Shown: piece by piece, positions 1-9,040 of the stretch
Position numbering within the stretch: position 1 is the first letter of the stretch
How the letters are laid out: every line of letters begins with the position of its first letter
Assembly: GCA_044342325.1 (NCBI GenBank)
Contig: JBIIPZ010000040.1
Span: 1-24,721, forward strand
From: Terrimicrobiaceae bacterium
GTDB lineage: Bacteria > Verrucomicrobiota > Verrucomicrobiia > Chthoniobacterales > Terrimicrobiaceae
DNA length: 24,721 nucleotides
Direction of reading: 5' to 3'
The notes under the pieces: generated by a model
What the model was told of the DNA's origin: nothing
Databases searched by the model: none
The model's input: the letters and a program-made list of their open reading frames with translations, nothing else
Program-made: the position numbers and the translations under genes

Positions 1-77
1 CGGCCCGCCTTCCAAACACCTTGGCGCCGGATGCAACTCCTCCACGCACCCCGGCACGCCATCCCAAAAAGAGCTGG

Positions 78-105
78 AAAAAAAATCCTGCCGCACGAGT
101 GCGGT
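78..105 (-). terminator. possible intrinsic terminator downstream of the tRNA
   Basis: Inverted repeat CCGCA-cgag-TGCGG at 91-104. On the minus strand it is followed after 5 nt by a T8 run (A-tract 78-85). The stem is short. Confidence 0.3.
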
Positions 106-291
106 TTAAAAGTCCATAGCCAAATCAGGTGAAATGGCTCTGCTCGCACCCCGTTTTGAGGCAAAGGAAACTTGATTCTGCCCGCATTCCTCTCAGCGAG
201 ATTTCTGCCCTCGTTTTACCGATGGCCCTGCTCATGGCCACTGAGGTCCCTTCCTATTATTCAGAGGTCTTTAAAAGACGAGGTCAACACG

Positions 292-309
292 CAGGACAAA
301 CAGGACAAA
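292..309. repeat. tandem 9-bp direct repeat CAGGACAAA x2
   Basis: Exact copies at 292-300 and 301-309 in non-coding DNA about 110 bp 3' of the tRNA. Confidence 0.8.
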
Positions 310-415
310 TTTACCGCCAAAACTACAATGAACTGCAAAAACCAATCAGAGGACTCGATAGGCTGTAGAGCTAGTATTTATCGACTTCTACGGGGGAATC
401 GGACACTTTTGAAAG

Positions 416-490
416 TGGCGACCCTAACGGGATTCGAACCCGTGTTACCGCCGTGAAAGGGCAGTGTCCTAACCGCTGGACGATAGGGTC
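416..490 (-). tRNA. tRNA-Glu (anticodon TTC)
   Basis: Reverse complement GACCCTATCGTCCAGCGGTTAGGACACTGCCCTTTCACGGCGGTAACACGGGTTCGAATCCCGTTAGGGTCGCCA. Acceptor stem GACCCTA/TAGGGTC, anticodon loop CT-TTC-AC, T-loop GTTCGAATC, encoded CCA. Confidence 0.98.
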
Positions 491-505
491 TGAAGGAGAT
501 TGCGG

Positions 506-543
506 ATAATCGGCGGAGAGATCTTGAGATGCAAGTTTTTTTT
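506..543 (-). promoter_or_regulatory. sigma70-like promoter for tRNA-Glu
   Basis: Minus strand: A8 tract (UP-like), TTGCAT (534-529), 17 nt, GATTAT (511-506), 15 nt before the tRNA 5' end. Confidence 0.55.
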
Positions 544-561
544 GATCCGCGCCGAATATTT

Positions 562-1413
562 TTAGTGAAGTGGCTTGGGGCAAAAGTCCAGAGCGAAGTC
601 GATGGCACGGGCAGAATGCGTGATGGAGCCGACGGAGATGAGGTGGACTCCGGTTTCTGCGATCTGGCGGACGGTCTGGAGGTTTACTCCTCCGCTGGCT
701 TCGAGTTGGATATTTGCTGGGCAGAGGCGAACGGCTTCGCGCATGTCCTCAAGGCTCATGTTGTCGAGGAGAATGACATCGACTCCTTGCATGCGAAAAA
801 AACTTTTCACCTGCTCGAGCGTATCGGCCTCGAGTTCGACGCGGACGCCGGGATTGGCTGCGCGGGCGGCCAAGATCATTTTCTGGAGGGTGTCCGGGGA
901 AAGTCCGGCAGCGAGGTGATTATCCTTCACCATGAACATATCATGGAGGCCGATTCTGTGGTTACGCGCGCCACCCGCCACGACGGCTTCTTTTTCCAAG
1001 AGGCGCAGGCCTGGCGTGGTTTTGCGGGTGTCGAGTATGACGGCATTTGTTCCGCGAACGGCTTCGACAAATCGACGGGCCATAGTGGCGACGCCGCTGA
1101 GTCGCTGGATGAAATTCAGGGCGGTGCGCTCGCCGGTGAGGATGGAGGCTGTCGCCCCTTGGATTGTGATAACGACATCGCCTTTTTCGAGTGCGGTGCC
1201 GTCGGGCATATTGACCTCAACTTGCAGTGAGCGATCCACGCGATGGAAAATTTCCGCTGCGACCTGTGATCCTGCGAGGCAAGCCGCTTCGCGGGCTACA
1301 ATTTCCGCACAAGCCTGCGAGCCGGGGAGTGTGAACCATTTCGCAGTGATATCCCCTGCCCCGATGTCCTCCGCGAGGGCGTGATCTAGGATGTCGGGAG
1401 AATGCGCGGGCAT
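562..1413 (-). CDS. nadC: quinolinate phosphoribosyltransferase (nicotinate-nucleotide pyrophosphorylase)
   Basis: ALAEDIGAGDIT, TGERTALNF, LDTRKTTPG, NHRIGL, KDNH, ILLDNM, EASGGV, SVGSITHSA. Start taken at ATG 1413; the track uses GTG 1419. Confidence 0.97.
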   Translation of the reverse strand: MPAHSPDILDHALAEDIGAGDITAKWFTLPGSQACAEIVAREAACLAGSQVAAEIFHRVDRSLQVEVNMPDGTALEKGDVVITIQGATASILTGERTALNFIQRLSGVATMARRFVEAVRGTNAVILDTRKTTPGLRLLEKEAVVAGGARNHRIGLHDMFMVKDNHLAAGLSPDTLQKMILAARAANPGVRVELEADTLEQVKSFFRMQGVDVILLDNMSLEDMREAVRLCPANIQLEASGGVNLQTVRQIAETGVHLISVGSITHSARAIDFALDFCPKPLH

Positions 1414-1440
1414 TTGCACGATGTTGGAGACAAGAGAAAA

Positions 1441-2511
1441 TCAGACCGATGCGGGTGCTGGCAGTGCTGGCAACTCCAGAAGCCTACGCTGCCAATTCAT
1501 GAGGGCGGGCGAGAAGAGATCAGCTGCGGTGGCATCCAAAGCGGCGCGTGGAGCAATGAGGGACGAGTCGAGTTGAAGCTCAGCAGCAACCCGGTCACGA
1601 ATTTTTTTCAGGTCCTCGGAGCGGGCAATTTGCTCGCGGGAGGGACGTTTTCTGCGGACTTTCTCAAGTTTGGGCCATTCCTTTTCTGGAATCTGCATGG
1701 CGAGGGCGACGACGACCTCGAAGCTTTTGCGGCGCCGACCGTTCATGCGAGGCACGGAGAATGTGCCGCCGTTTGCGACGTTCTCAGCGACACGTAGCAT
1801 ATCGTCATTGCCGATGACATGAAAGGGCGGGCGATCCCAGGCGCGGGCTTCGGCATCGCGCCAGAACCAAAGAATGCGTAGGACAGCCTGGGCGCGTGGC
1901 GAGAGGGCGGACGATCCCGTGATGCGCCAGACGGTGCTCTCATCCCTCTCTTTGACTTCGCGGGCGGATGCGATCATGCGGTCGCGGGATTCTTGAAACC
2001 ACTCGAGGCGACCCAATCGGCGGAGGTCGGATTCAAGGATATCTGCGATTTCGAGCAGGTAGCGCGTGTCGTTGATCGCGTATTCCAGCATTTCCTGCGG
2101 GAGTGGGCGGATGGCCCAGTTCGCTTTCTGGGAGGCTTTGGAAAGCTCGATGCCGAAATATTCCTTAACAAGCGCTGCCAAGCCGAAGGCAGTTTTGCCG
2201 ACAAGGCGGGCAGCGATCATGGTATCGAAGAGGTCAACCGGTTCGAAGCGTCCTGTGCGGCGCAGGAGACGCAGATCGTAATCCGCGCCATGAAAAACAA
2301 GGCGCCGCGAGCAAACAAGGTCGTAGAGGGGCTGAAGGTCGGTATCAGCAAGCGGATCCACCAACTCATGGTCACCGCCGCCACTGATTTGAATCAGGCA
2401 GACCTTTTCAAAATAACAATGCAGGCTGTCAGCCTCTGTATCGATGGCTATGCGGTCGCAGGTCGCGAGCTTGGCAACGAAATCAGCGAGGGCTTTCTCT
2501 TCGGCGATCAA
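1441..2511 (-). CDS. rnd: ribonuclease D (DEDDy 3'-5' exonuclease with HRDC domain)
   Basis: DTEAD ExoI, FHGADYDL, FDTMIAARL, YAINDT ExoIII, WRDAEARAWDRPPFHV HRDC. 4-bp overlap with nuoC. Confidence 0.9.
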   Translation of the reverse strand: MIAEEKALADFVAKLATCDRIAIDTEADSLHCYFEKVCLIQISGGGDHELVDPLADTDLQPLYDLVCSRRLVFHGADYDLRLLRRTGRFEPVDLFDTMIAARLVGKTAFGLAALVKEYFGIELSKASQKANWAIRPLPQEMLEYAINDTRYLLEIADILESDLRRLGRLEWFQESRDRMIASAREVKERDESTVWRITGSSALSPRAQAVLRILWFWRDAEARAWDRPPFHVIGNDDMLRVAENVANGGTFSVPRMNGRRRKSFEVVVALAMQIPEKEWPKLEKVRRKRPSREQIARSEDLKKIRDRVAAELQLDSSLIAPRAALDATAADLFSPALMNWQRRLLELPALPAPASV

Positions 2512-3116
2512 GGTTCCGCGAGGAATTTTTCAGGTGGGACGAGGTCTCCAGCATGGCGCGCCCTGGGTTCACGCACCTGAGTGGTGCCATCAGTGGGCAC
2601 GGTGACAAATGGTCCACCGGCGAGCGGAGCAGGCTCGGTGAAGGCTACTCCGGGCAAATCGCTTTGCTTGCCTTGGAGCGGGAAGTCCTTTCGAAGAGGA
2701 TGGTAAGGGTAACCGTCCCACATGAGAATGCGGCGCAGGTCGGGGTGATTTGAAAATTGAATCCCCATCATGTCATAGACCTCGCGCTCGTGCCAATCGG
2801 CAGTTGGCCAGATATCCGAGACTGTTGGAACGGTGCAGTCGTCCTCACTGACAGAAATTTTGAGGCGGAGATGCACACAATCCTTCATCGAATAAAGTTC
2901 GTAAACAATCTCGTAGCGGGGTTCGTTTCCAAAGTGGTCAACGCTTGATAAGTCGATGAGATAGTTGAACCCGAGCGTATCGCGGGCATGCAGGCACACA
3001 TCGCGCAGAGCAGAAGCCTGAATGCGCAATGTGCTTTCATCGCGAAAGCGGGATTGGTCGATGATGGCTGCGGGAAAAGCCTCACGCAGCTTGTCGGACA
3101 TTTCGTCTGATGTCAT
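2508..3116 (-). CDS. nuoC: NADH-quinone oxidoreductase subunit C
   Basis: [39 protein letters not shown] signature. Confidence 0.96.
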   Translation of the reverse strand: MTSDEMSDKLREAFPAAIIDQSRFRDESTLRIQASALRDVCLHARDTLGFNYLIDLSSVDHFGNEPRYEIVYELYSMKDCVHLRLKISVSEDDCTVPTVSDIWPTADWHEREVYDMMGIQFSNHPDLRRILMWDGYPYHPLRKDFPLQGKQSDLPGVAFTEPAPLAGGPFVTVPTDGTTQVREPRARHAGDLVPPEKFLAEP

Positions 3117-3637
3117 ATGGATTCGAGTAGTTCCTTTTTCTGGTCGATAAGGGAGTGCTCGCCCATGATTTTTTTCTGTAGGCGCATGAGGCCGTCAAGG
3201 AGCGCCTCTGGACGCGGCGGGCAACCAGAAATGTAGACATCCACCGGGATTAGGTGGTCGATCCCCTGAAGCACGGCGTAGCTGCGATACATGCCGCCGG
3301 AGGAGGCACAGGCTCCCATGGCGATGCACCATTTCGGCTCGGGCATTTGATCCCAGATACGCTTCACAGCGAGAGCCATTTTATAGGTCACAGTGCCGGC
3401 GACGATCATCACATCCGCTTGGCGTGGGGAAAAACGCATGACCTCCGCGCCAAAGCGCGAGATGTCGAAGCGCGCCGATGAGGCGGCCATGAGTTCAATG
3501 GCGCAGCAGGCCAAGCCCATAGGCATCGGCCAAAGAGAATTGCTGCGCATCCAGTTAATAGCGGTATCCACCTGAGTGAAGATCACATTCCCTTCGATCT
3601 TCGCATCGTAGGCAACCGGGCTGATTGTTGTCGACAT
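3113..3637 (-). CDS. nuoB: NADH-quinone oxidoreductase subunit B
   Basis: [44 protein letters not shown] (N2 cluster cysteines). Start ATG 3637 (MSTTISP) preferred over 3682. Confidence 0.97.
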   Translation of the reverse strand: MSTTISPVAYDAKIEGNVIFTQVDTAINWMRSNSLWPMPMGLACCAIELMAASSARFDISRFGAEVMRFSPRQADVMIVAGTVTYKMALAVKRIWDQMPEPKWCIAMGACASSGGMYRSYAVLQGIDHLIPVDVYISGCPPRPEALLDGLMRLQKKIMGEHSLIDQKKELLESI

Positions 3638-3644
3638 GGCGACC

Positions 3645-3672
3645 AAGCTATTTTTATCGAGCGATTCGGCAA
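3645..3672 (-). promoter_or_regulatory. sigma70-like promoter, leaderless geometry, for nuoB
   Basis: TTGCCG-16 nt-TAGCTT-7 nt-ATG(3637). Confidence 0.5.
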
Positions 3673-3740
3673 GCCAAATCATCGCGGTGCGGGCTTGCCT
3701 GAGCGCCGGTTGGTTGCGAATGGTTGGAATCGATCATCCT

Positions 3741-4721
3741 ATGACAAGCCGATCTTTTAGTTTTTGCTGGCTCGTTGCGACCCTTGCCATCCTCTGTTTT
3801 TGCGCCGAGGCGAGGTGCGGCGACCCACTGACCCGCATCGCAGCAGGTTCCTGCAACCGGCAGGATCTGCCGCAACCGCTTTGGGATTCGATTTTGAAAT
3901 TCCAGCCCCAACTCTGGGTTTGGCTTGGTGACAACATCTATGGGGATACGGACGATATGGTCGTGCTGGCTGAAAAATGGGCCGAGCAGAAGAAAAACCC
4001 GGGCTACAGCAGGCTTCGGGATGCCTGTTCAGTCGAAGGAATCTGGGACGACCACGACTACGGGCGGAACGATGCAGGTGCTGACTACGAATGGAAAAAG
4101 GAATCCCAGCGCTTGATTTTGGATTTTCTGGATGAGCCAACCGACAGTCCCCGGCGCGGACAATCCGGCATTTATGTTTCGCGGATGCTTGGTCCCGAAG
4201 GCCGGCGGGTCTGCTTGATACTTCTGGATGTCCGCTCCCATCGAGCTGCACCGCGGACAGGCGGGGACATTCTTGGCGAGGAGCAATGGGCGTCGCTTGA
4301 AAAAGCTTTGCGAGGCAGCACAGCACAAATCCACATCATCTGTTCGGGCAGTCAGATTCTACCCAGCGAGCATCGGCACGAAAAGTGGAGTGATTACCCG
4401 GAGTCGCGCGATCGCCTCTTCAAATTGATCGCAGCCACACAATCGGGCGGCGTTATTCTGCTCAGCGGCGACAGGCATTTCGGCGAGATTTCGCGCCTCG
4501 AGAATCCATGGGGAGGCTCAACGCTCTATGAGTTGACGACCAGTGGACTCACGCATTTTTACAAGAATTTTCGAGGAGAAAAGAACCACCTCCGACTCGG
4601 CGAGCCATTTGCCGAGTTGAACTTTGGAACCCTTTCGATCGATTGGGAGACCCGCACTATCGAACTAGCCATACGGGATGCACGGGGAAACGCGACTCGA
4701 ACTGCCAGCATGCCTTTTTAA
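3741..4721 (+). CDS. phoD: alkaline phosphatase D family metallophosphoesterase
   Basis: GSC, WLGDNIYGD, WDDHDYGRND, LLDVRS, LLSGDRH, TTSGLTH motifs; hydrophobic N-terminal signal. Start ATG 3741 avoids overlap with nuoB. Confidence 0.88.
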   Translation: MTSRSFSFCWLVATLAILCFCAEARCGDPLTRIAAGSCNRQDLPQPLWDSILKFQPQLWVWLGDNIYGDTDDMVVLAEKWAEQKKNPGYSRLRDACSVEGIWDDHDYGRNDAGADYEWKKESQRLILDFLDEPTDSPRRGQSGIYVSRMLGPEGRRVCLILLDVRSHRAAPRTGGDILGEEQWASLEKALRGSTAQIHIICSGSQILPSEHRHEKWSDYPESRDRLFKLIAATQSGGVILLSGDRHFGEISRLENPWGGSTLYELTTSGLTHFYKNFRGEKNHLRLGEPFAELNFGTLSIDWETRTIELAIRDARGNATRTASMPF

Positions 4722-4785
4722 AATCATGGCAAAAACACGCAGATTTTTCTTGCCAGTTCAGTGCTGCTGAATGACGAAGTATATT

Positions 4786-6165
4786 ATGAAATTCCGCCTC
4801 TCGAACCTTTTCATTCTCTCCCTAGCTGCAACCTGCCAGTTCACCTTTGCCCAACCAAGTGAAAAACCTGCCGATCAGCAGGCCGCTAAGTTGCAATCCA
4901 CGGAGCAAACGCCGACCATGAACTTGGGAAATATTCGAGTCGTCAAAGTGGAAGGACGCGGCGTTCAACTTGTTGACGCCGCTGGACAGTCCTCCCCACT
5001 GAAAGAGGGCACATTCATTCGGCAAGGTGCGACGATTCAAACAGGCAAAGATGCTAGTGTGGTCTTGCTTTTTGACAACGGCACGACAGTGAACATCAAG
5101 CCGGAATCAGAATTCGCGGTAGAAAAATTTGCGCAGGATCCCTTCGAAGCAAATGGAGTAGATTACCAGACATTGAAATCCGAGCCCTCCAGTTCTGTGA
5201 CACGCCTTAATGTTCCGGAAGGGACGATTGTTGTAGATATTGCCAAGCTCAAGAAGGATTCCAGTTTTCAGATTGCCACACCAGTCGGCTCGGCAGGTAT
5301 CCGAGGAACAAGCCTCGGCATCACCTCAAATAAAAACAATCAAAGCAACCCTGTTACCTTAGCCGTCACAACCGGGGTGGTGCAGATGAAAACCGCAACC
5401 GGTTCGCGTGCCGTGAGCGGCGGCCAAAGTTTCGGAATTGGAAGCGCAGGAGGATTCAGCGCCAATCCTCCCGGAGCTTCAAATTTGCAGACCGCGACGA
5501 GTCAATCATCGGCCGCAATGAAACAGTCCGTGCCCTCGAATGCATTCCAAGGAGCACCTCCGCCGGCGCCAGCCACTGCAGCGCCTGCTAGCACTCTCTC
5601 GAATGCCCAGCAACAAGCTATTCAAACGGCATCTGAACAAGGATCGGACGCACTTGCTGCCGCTGTGCAGCAACTCGCCGCAGATTCTCCCGAGGCAGCG
5701 GCAGCCATCGCCGCCGCAGCCGCCGATGCCTTGCCAGTGGCCGCTACAAGCGTCGCCGCAGCCGCCGCGACCGCAGCACCAGCCGCAGCAGCCCAGATCG
5801 CTGCAAATGTGGCCCAAGCGGCCCCTGCAGCAGCTCCTCAAATCGCCTCCACAGTCGCGGCGATTGTGCCAGCCGTAGCCACGCAGGTTGCTCAAAGCGT
5901 AGCCGCCGCCGCACCGCAAGCCGCTTCCGCGATTGCAACCGCTGTGATTGCCGCCGTTCCGACGGCCAACGCAACAGCTATCCAAGCCGCAACTCAAGCT
6001 GCTGCCCAGCAAAGCACACAACCAGCCGGCGCGGGCGCGAACCAACCGCTCAACACCGGCGATCAAGGAACCTCAACTGCAGGACAGAGCCTCCCGGGTT
6101 CAACCGGAAGTTCTGGTGGAGCAGGCAGTGGCACTCCTCCACGACCCAATAATTCGTCAAACTGA
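4786..6165 (+). CDS. exported FecR-domain protein with Ala/Pro 15-aa repeats and low-complexity Gly/Ser tail
   Basis: Signal peptide (FTFA|Q). FecR-like segment IQTGKDASVVLLFDNGTTVNIKPES...FQIATPVGSAGIRGT...VTTGVV. Start is 4786 or 4771. Confidence 0.8.
   Translation: MKFRLSNLFILSLAATCQFTFAQPSEKPADQQAAKLQSTEQTPTMNLGNIRVVKVEGRGVQLVDAAGQSSPLKEGTFIRQGATIQTGKDASVVLLFDNGTTVNIKPESEFAVEKFAQDPFEANGVDYQTLKSEPSSSVTRLNVPEGTIVVDIAKLKKDSSFQIATPVGSAGIRGTSLGITSNKNNQSNPVTLAVTTGVVQMKTATGSRAVSGGQSFGIGSAGGFSANPPGASNLQTATSQSSAAMKQSVPSNAFQGAPPPAPATAAPASTLSNAQQQAIQTASEQGSDALAAAVQQLAADSPEAAAAIAAAAADALPVAATSVAAAAATAAPAAAAQIAANVAQAAPAAAPQIASTVAAIVPAVATQVAQSVAAAAPQAASAIATAVIAAVPTANATAIQAATQAAAQQSTQPAGAGANQPLNTGDQGTSTAGQSLPGSTGSSGGAGSGTPPRPNNSSN
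5683..5997 (+). repeat. seven degenerate 45-bp / 15-aa protein repeats
   Basis: DSPEAAAAIAAAAAD / ALPVAATSVAAAAAT / AAPAAAAQIAANVAQ / AAPAAAPQIASTVAA / IVPAVATQVAQSVAA / AAPQAASAIATAVIA / AVPTANATAIQAATQ. Pro is at position 3 in all seven, I/V at position 9 in the first six. Confidence 0.85.
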
Positions 6166-6201
6166 GTGGCGACTCGAAAATAATGGGATGCGCTGGGCAG
6201 T

Positions 6202-7380
6202 TTACCCAGTGCATTCCTGAAGGGCTTCCGCCAAAGACTCTATACCTGATGCACTATGCTCGGCGGTGAGAGTGATGCGGAGTCGCGCTGAGCCTTTTGC
6301 CACGGTTGGAAAGCGAATCGCAGGAACCAGAAAGCCTTTATCTAAAAGTCGGGCGGAAGTTTCGACTGCAGCGGATTCATTGCCGATGAGGACAGGCAGA
6401 ATGGCGCTGGCCGGAGAGTTGATAGGTAAGAGCGATTGCAGGTGCTGGAGGTTTTTCCAAAGTCTGGCGCGCAGGGACTCGCCCTCCAGTGAAGCGACGA
6501 TTTCGATCGCCTTGCGCGATGCGGCGGCGACCGGTGCAGGTGGAGATGTAGAGAAAATAAAGCTGCGAGCGCGATTGATGAGGTAGCTTCGGAGTGCGCT
6601 GCTCCCGGCGATATAGGCTCCGTGGGATCCGATGGATTTGCCAAGTGTTCCCATTTGGATTTCGACCCGCGCGACGACGCCCACCTCGTCGGCGAGTCCC
6701 CTACCCTGTTGACCGATGACACCCACGGCGTGGGCTTCATCGAGGAAAAGCCAGGCGCCATGCCTCTCTTTCAGCTCCACCATTTCCCGCAAGGGGGCCC
6801 TATCGCCATCCATGCTGTAAATGGACTCCGCCACAACAAGAATTTTTGCAGCAGGATGTTTGGTGCGTGCCCACTTGAGATGACTCTCGAGCTTGCAAAG
6901 ATCATTGTGCGGAAACACACGCAACACGGCACCGCTCAGGCGGGCGGCATCCACAAGACAGGCGTGGGAAAGTTTATCGAGAATAATGACATCCCCCGCC
7001 CCGCAGAGCGCGGGGATGGTGCCCATGGCGGCGGCGTAGCCACTGGAAAAGGAGAGGGCAGCGGGTGTTTGCTTGAACTCCGCGATGGTGCTGTCGAGTT
7101 CCTCATGCGCGGCGAGTGTGCCGCAGATGAGGCGGGAGGCACCTGACCCAAATCCCGAGCGCTCACACTCGGCCATGGCGGCGACTTTCAATGCCGGATG
7201 CGTCGCGAGCCCGAGATAGTCGTTTGACGAAAAATTCCAGAGTTCCCTGCCGTTGCGAGTGACCCTCGTTTGCTGAGGGCCATCCAGTGCGGAGAGTTTA
7301 CGCGTGAGGCCCCTGGACTCGATGTCCTCAAGGCCGAAGAGCAGGAACTTGTCGAGGGATGAGTCGCTGGGAGGAGTCAT
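6202..7380 (-). CDS. bioF: 8-amino-7-oxononanoate synthase
   Basis: NFSSNDYLGLA, GSGASRLICG, SGYAA, HACLVD, SIYSMDGD, DEAHA, GTLGKS (PLP Lys), IRFPTV, RLRIT. Confidence 0.88.
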   Translation of the reverse strand: MTPPSDSSLDKFLLFGLEDIESRGLTRKLSALDGPQQTRVTRNGRELWNFSSNDYLGLATHPALKVAAMAECERSGFGSGASRLICGTLAAHEELDSTIAEFKQTPAALSFSSGYAAAMGTIPALCGAGDVIILDKLSHACLVDAARLSGAVLRVFPHNDLCKLESHLKWARTKHPAAKILVVAESIYSMDGDRAPLREMVELKERHGAWLFLDEAHAVGVIGQQGRGLADEVGVVARVEIQMGTLGKSIGSHGAYIAGSSALRSYLINRARSFIFSTSPPAPVAAASRKAIEIVASLEGESLRARLWKNLQHLQSLLPINSPASAILPVLIGNESAAVETSARLLDKGFLVPAIRFPTVAKGSARLRITLTAEHSASGIESLAEALQECTG

Positions 7381-8117
7381 CAGCCGGCGGCGATGATTCG
7401 TGCCATATCCCGAACGGCGTTTTCTAGCCCGACAGTCAGCGCGCGGGAAATGATGGAATGCCCGATATTCAGCTCCTCCAGGCCGGGCAGCGAAAGGATG
7501 GGTGCGGTGTTTTCATAGTTCAGCCCATGCCCGGCATTGACCCTAAGGCCGAGCGAAAGGGCCAAGGCTGCGCCGCGGCGAAGTTTTTCGAGTTCGGATG
7601 CACGCTCCGCGCCGAATTTGTTGGCGTAGGAACCGGTGTGAATTTCGATAAACTCTGCACCGAGCGAGGCGGCGGCTTGGATTTGCGTTTCCTCGGCGTC
7701 GATGAAGAGGCTCACCCTCGCACCTGCATCCTGCAGGCGGGCGATAGCACCCCGAAGCGTCTTCTCGTTGGCCACACAATCCAACCCGCCCTCGGTCGTA
7801 ACTTCTTGGCGATTTTCGGGAACGAGGCAGACATCCTCAGGGCGGATTTGAAGCGCGATGCGGAGAATGTCCTCTGAAACGCCCATTTCCAGGTTGAGCT
7901 TGGTGGTAATTTTTTCGCGGAGGAGAAAAATATCGCGATCCTGAATATGGCGGCGGTCTTCGCGCAGGTGGGCCGTGATGCCGACAGCACCAGCCCTCTC
8001 TGCGATGCTGGCAGCAGCCACGGGATCGGGTTCGGCGTTCGGGTTATCCGGCGTTTCGCGATAACGCGCCTGACGCAGTGTGGCTACATGGTCGATGTTG
8101 ACTCCAAGACTTGGCAT
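7380..8117 (-). CDS. pdxJ: pyridoxine 5'-phosphate synthase
   Basis: [51 protein letters not shown]. Confidence 0.98.
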   Translation of the reverse strand: MPSLGVNIDHVATLRQARYRETPDNPNAEPDPVAAASIAERAGAVGITAHLREDRRHIQDRDIFLLREKITTKLNLEMGVSEDILRIALQIRPEDVCLVPENRQEVTTEGGLDCVANEKTLRGAIARLQDAGARVSLFIDAEETQIQAAASLGAEFIEIHTGSYANKFGAERASELEKLRRGAALALSLGLRVNAGHGLNYENTAPILSLPGLEELNIGHSIISRALTVGLENAVRDMARIIAAG

Positions 8118-8125
8118 AGGTGGTT

Positions 8126-9040
8126 TTAAATTGATTGAGCCGCCTGCTTGATTCGAATGCGACAGGAAATCTCATCCGTCGCACCGGCTGAGAGACTGCG
8201 CAAACCGAGACGGTTGTGAATAGCATTGGGAAATGCGCTCCAGGGCTCGACGCAGAAGAAATCAGAATCGGGCTTTTCCGTCCATGTGGTCACGCAGGGC
8301 CAATCGGAGGAACGGTTCGCAGGATTCTCGAAGGAAATGGCTTTGCCTGCTGCTGCATTGGACAAAAAAACACTCGCTAAATCGGGGTTCGAGTGAAAGC
8401 GGTCGATCCAAGCGGGGTCTGAAAGCGAAGCACTCTGCTGCGCGGCGGTATCAAATGCAATCGAGCCATCCGCGAAGTTCTGGTGCCCCCATTTTTCGCA
8501 CGGCACGGAGAGTTCCCACGAGGTGCGCTCGGCGGCTGGGATATGGAAATAGTAATGATGGCCTGCAGACCACGGCATTGGGCTATCCCCGCGATTGGTC
8601 ACACGAAAGCTTGTGAGCAGAGCATCCGGCTCGATGTGGTGAGTGACTTCCAAACGAAAAGGGAATGGATAACAGGCCGTGGTGGTTTCATTGGCATCGA
8701 GGCGCAGCGTGACCGAGTCCGCAGAGGCATCAACGACACGGAAGGGGGAATCTTTTGCGAAGCCATGCATCGGAGCGGGACGCTGCACACCCGATTCATC
8801 GATCCATGAGCCGATACGACCATTTGCATAAGTGCGAGCGATGAAAGGGAAGAGCACCAGATCGCCGCCCCGCACCTTGGGAACGCGGTCCCAGTCCGCA
8901 TTCGCGGGCCAGCGGATGATGTCCCAACCGGGCACATTCCAGGACAGCAACCTGGCACCGTGTGCAGGAGAGATGAGGGCACTGGCGTTGCCTGCTTGGA
9001 TTTTTAGGACAGTTTGGTTTTCGAGAATCTCGAGGTTCAT
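8126..9040 (-). CDS. aldose 1-epimerase / galactose mutarotase-like protein
   Basis: [33 protein letters not shown]. Confidence 0.88.
   Translation of the reverse strand: MNLEILENQTVLKIQAGNASALISPAHGARLLSWNVPGWDIIRWPANADWDRVPKVRGGDLVLFPFIARTYANGRIGSWIDESGVQRPAPMHGFAKDSPFRVVDASADSVTLRLDANETTTACYPFPFRLEVTHHIEPDALLTSFRVTNRGDSPMPWSAGHHYYFHIPAAERTSWELSVPCEKWGHQNFADGSIAFDTAAQQSASLSDPAWIDRFHSNPDLASVFLSNAAAGKAISFENPANRSSDWPCVTTWTEKPDSDFFCVEPWSAFPNAIHNRLGLRSLSAGATDEISCRIRIKQAAQSI

Noticed and set aside
129..608. Short ORFs 129-368, 172-456, 371-583 and 378-608
   Set aside because: No recognisable motifs; three of the four overlap the tRNA-Glu gene.
529..1230. 233-aa plus-strand ORF
   Set aside because: Antisense shadow of nadC with no motifs; typical of GC-rich coding DNA.
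4757..4771. TTCAG-N5-CTGAA inverted repeat upstream of the FecR-domain gene
   Set aside because: Only 5-bp arms and no supporting context; compatible with chance.
5683..5997. Periodic DNA considered as a CRISPR array or VNTR
   Set aside because: The repeats are conserved only at the amino-acid level, in frame, with no identical DNA repeats or spacers.
5506..6066. Cys/Gly/Arg-rich 186-aa minus-strand ORF resembling a metallothionein or RiPP precursor
   Set aside because: It is the reverse complement of GCN alanine codons in the repeat region.
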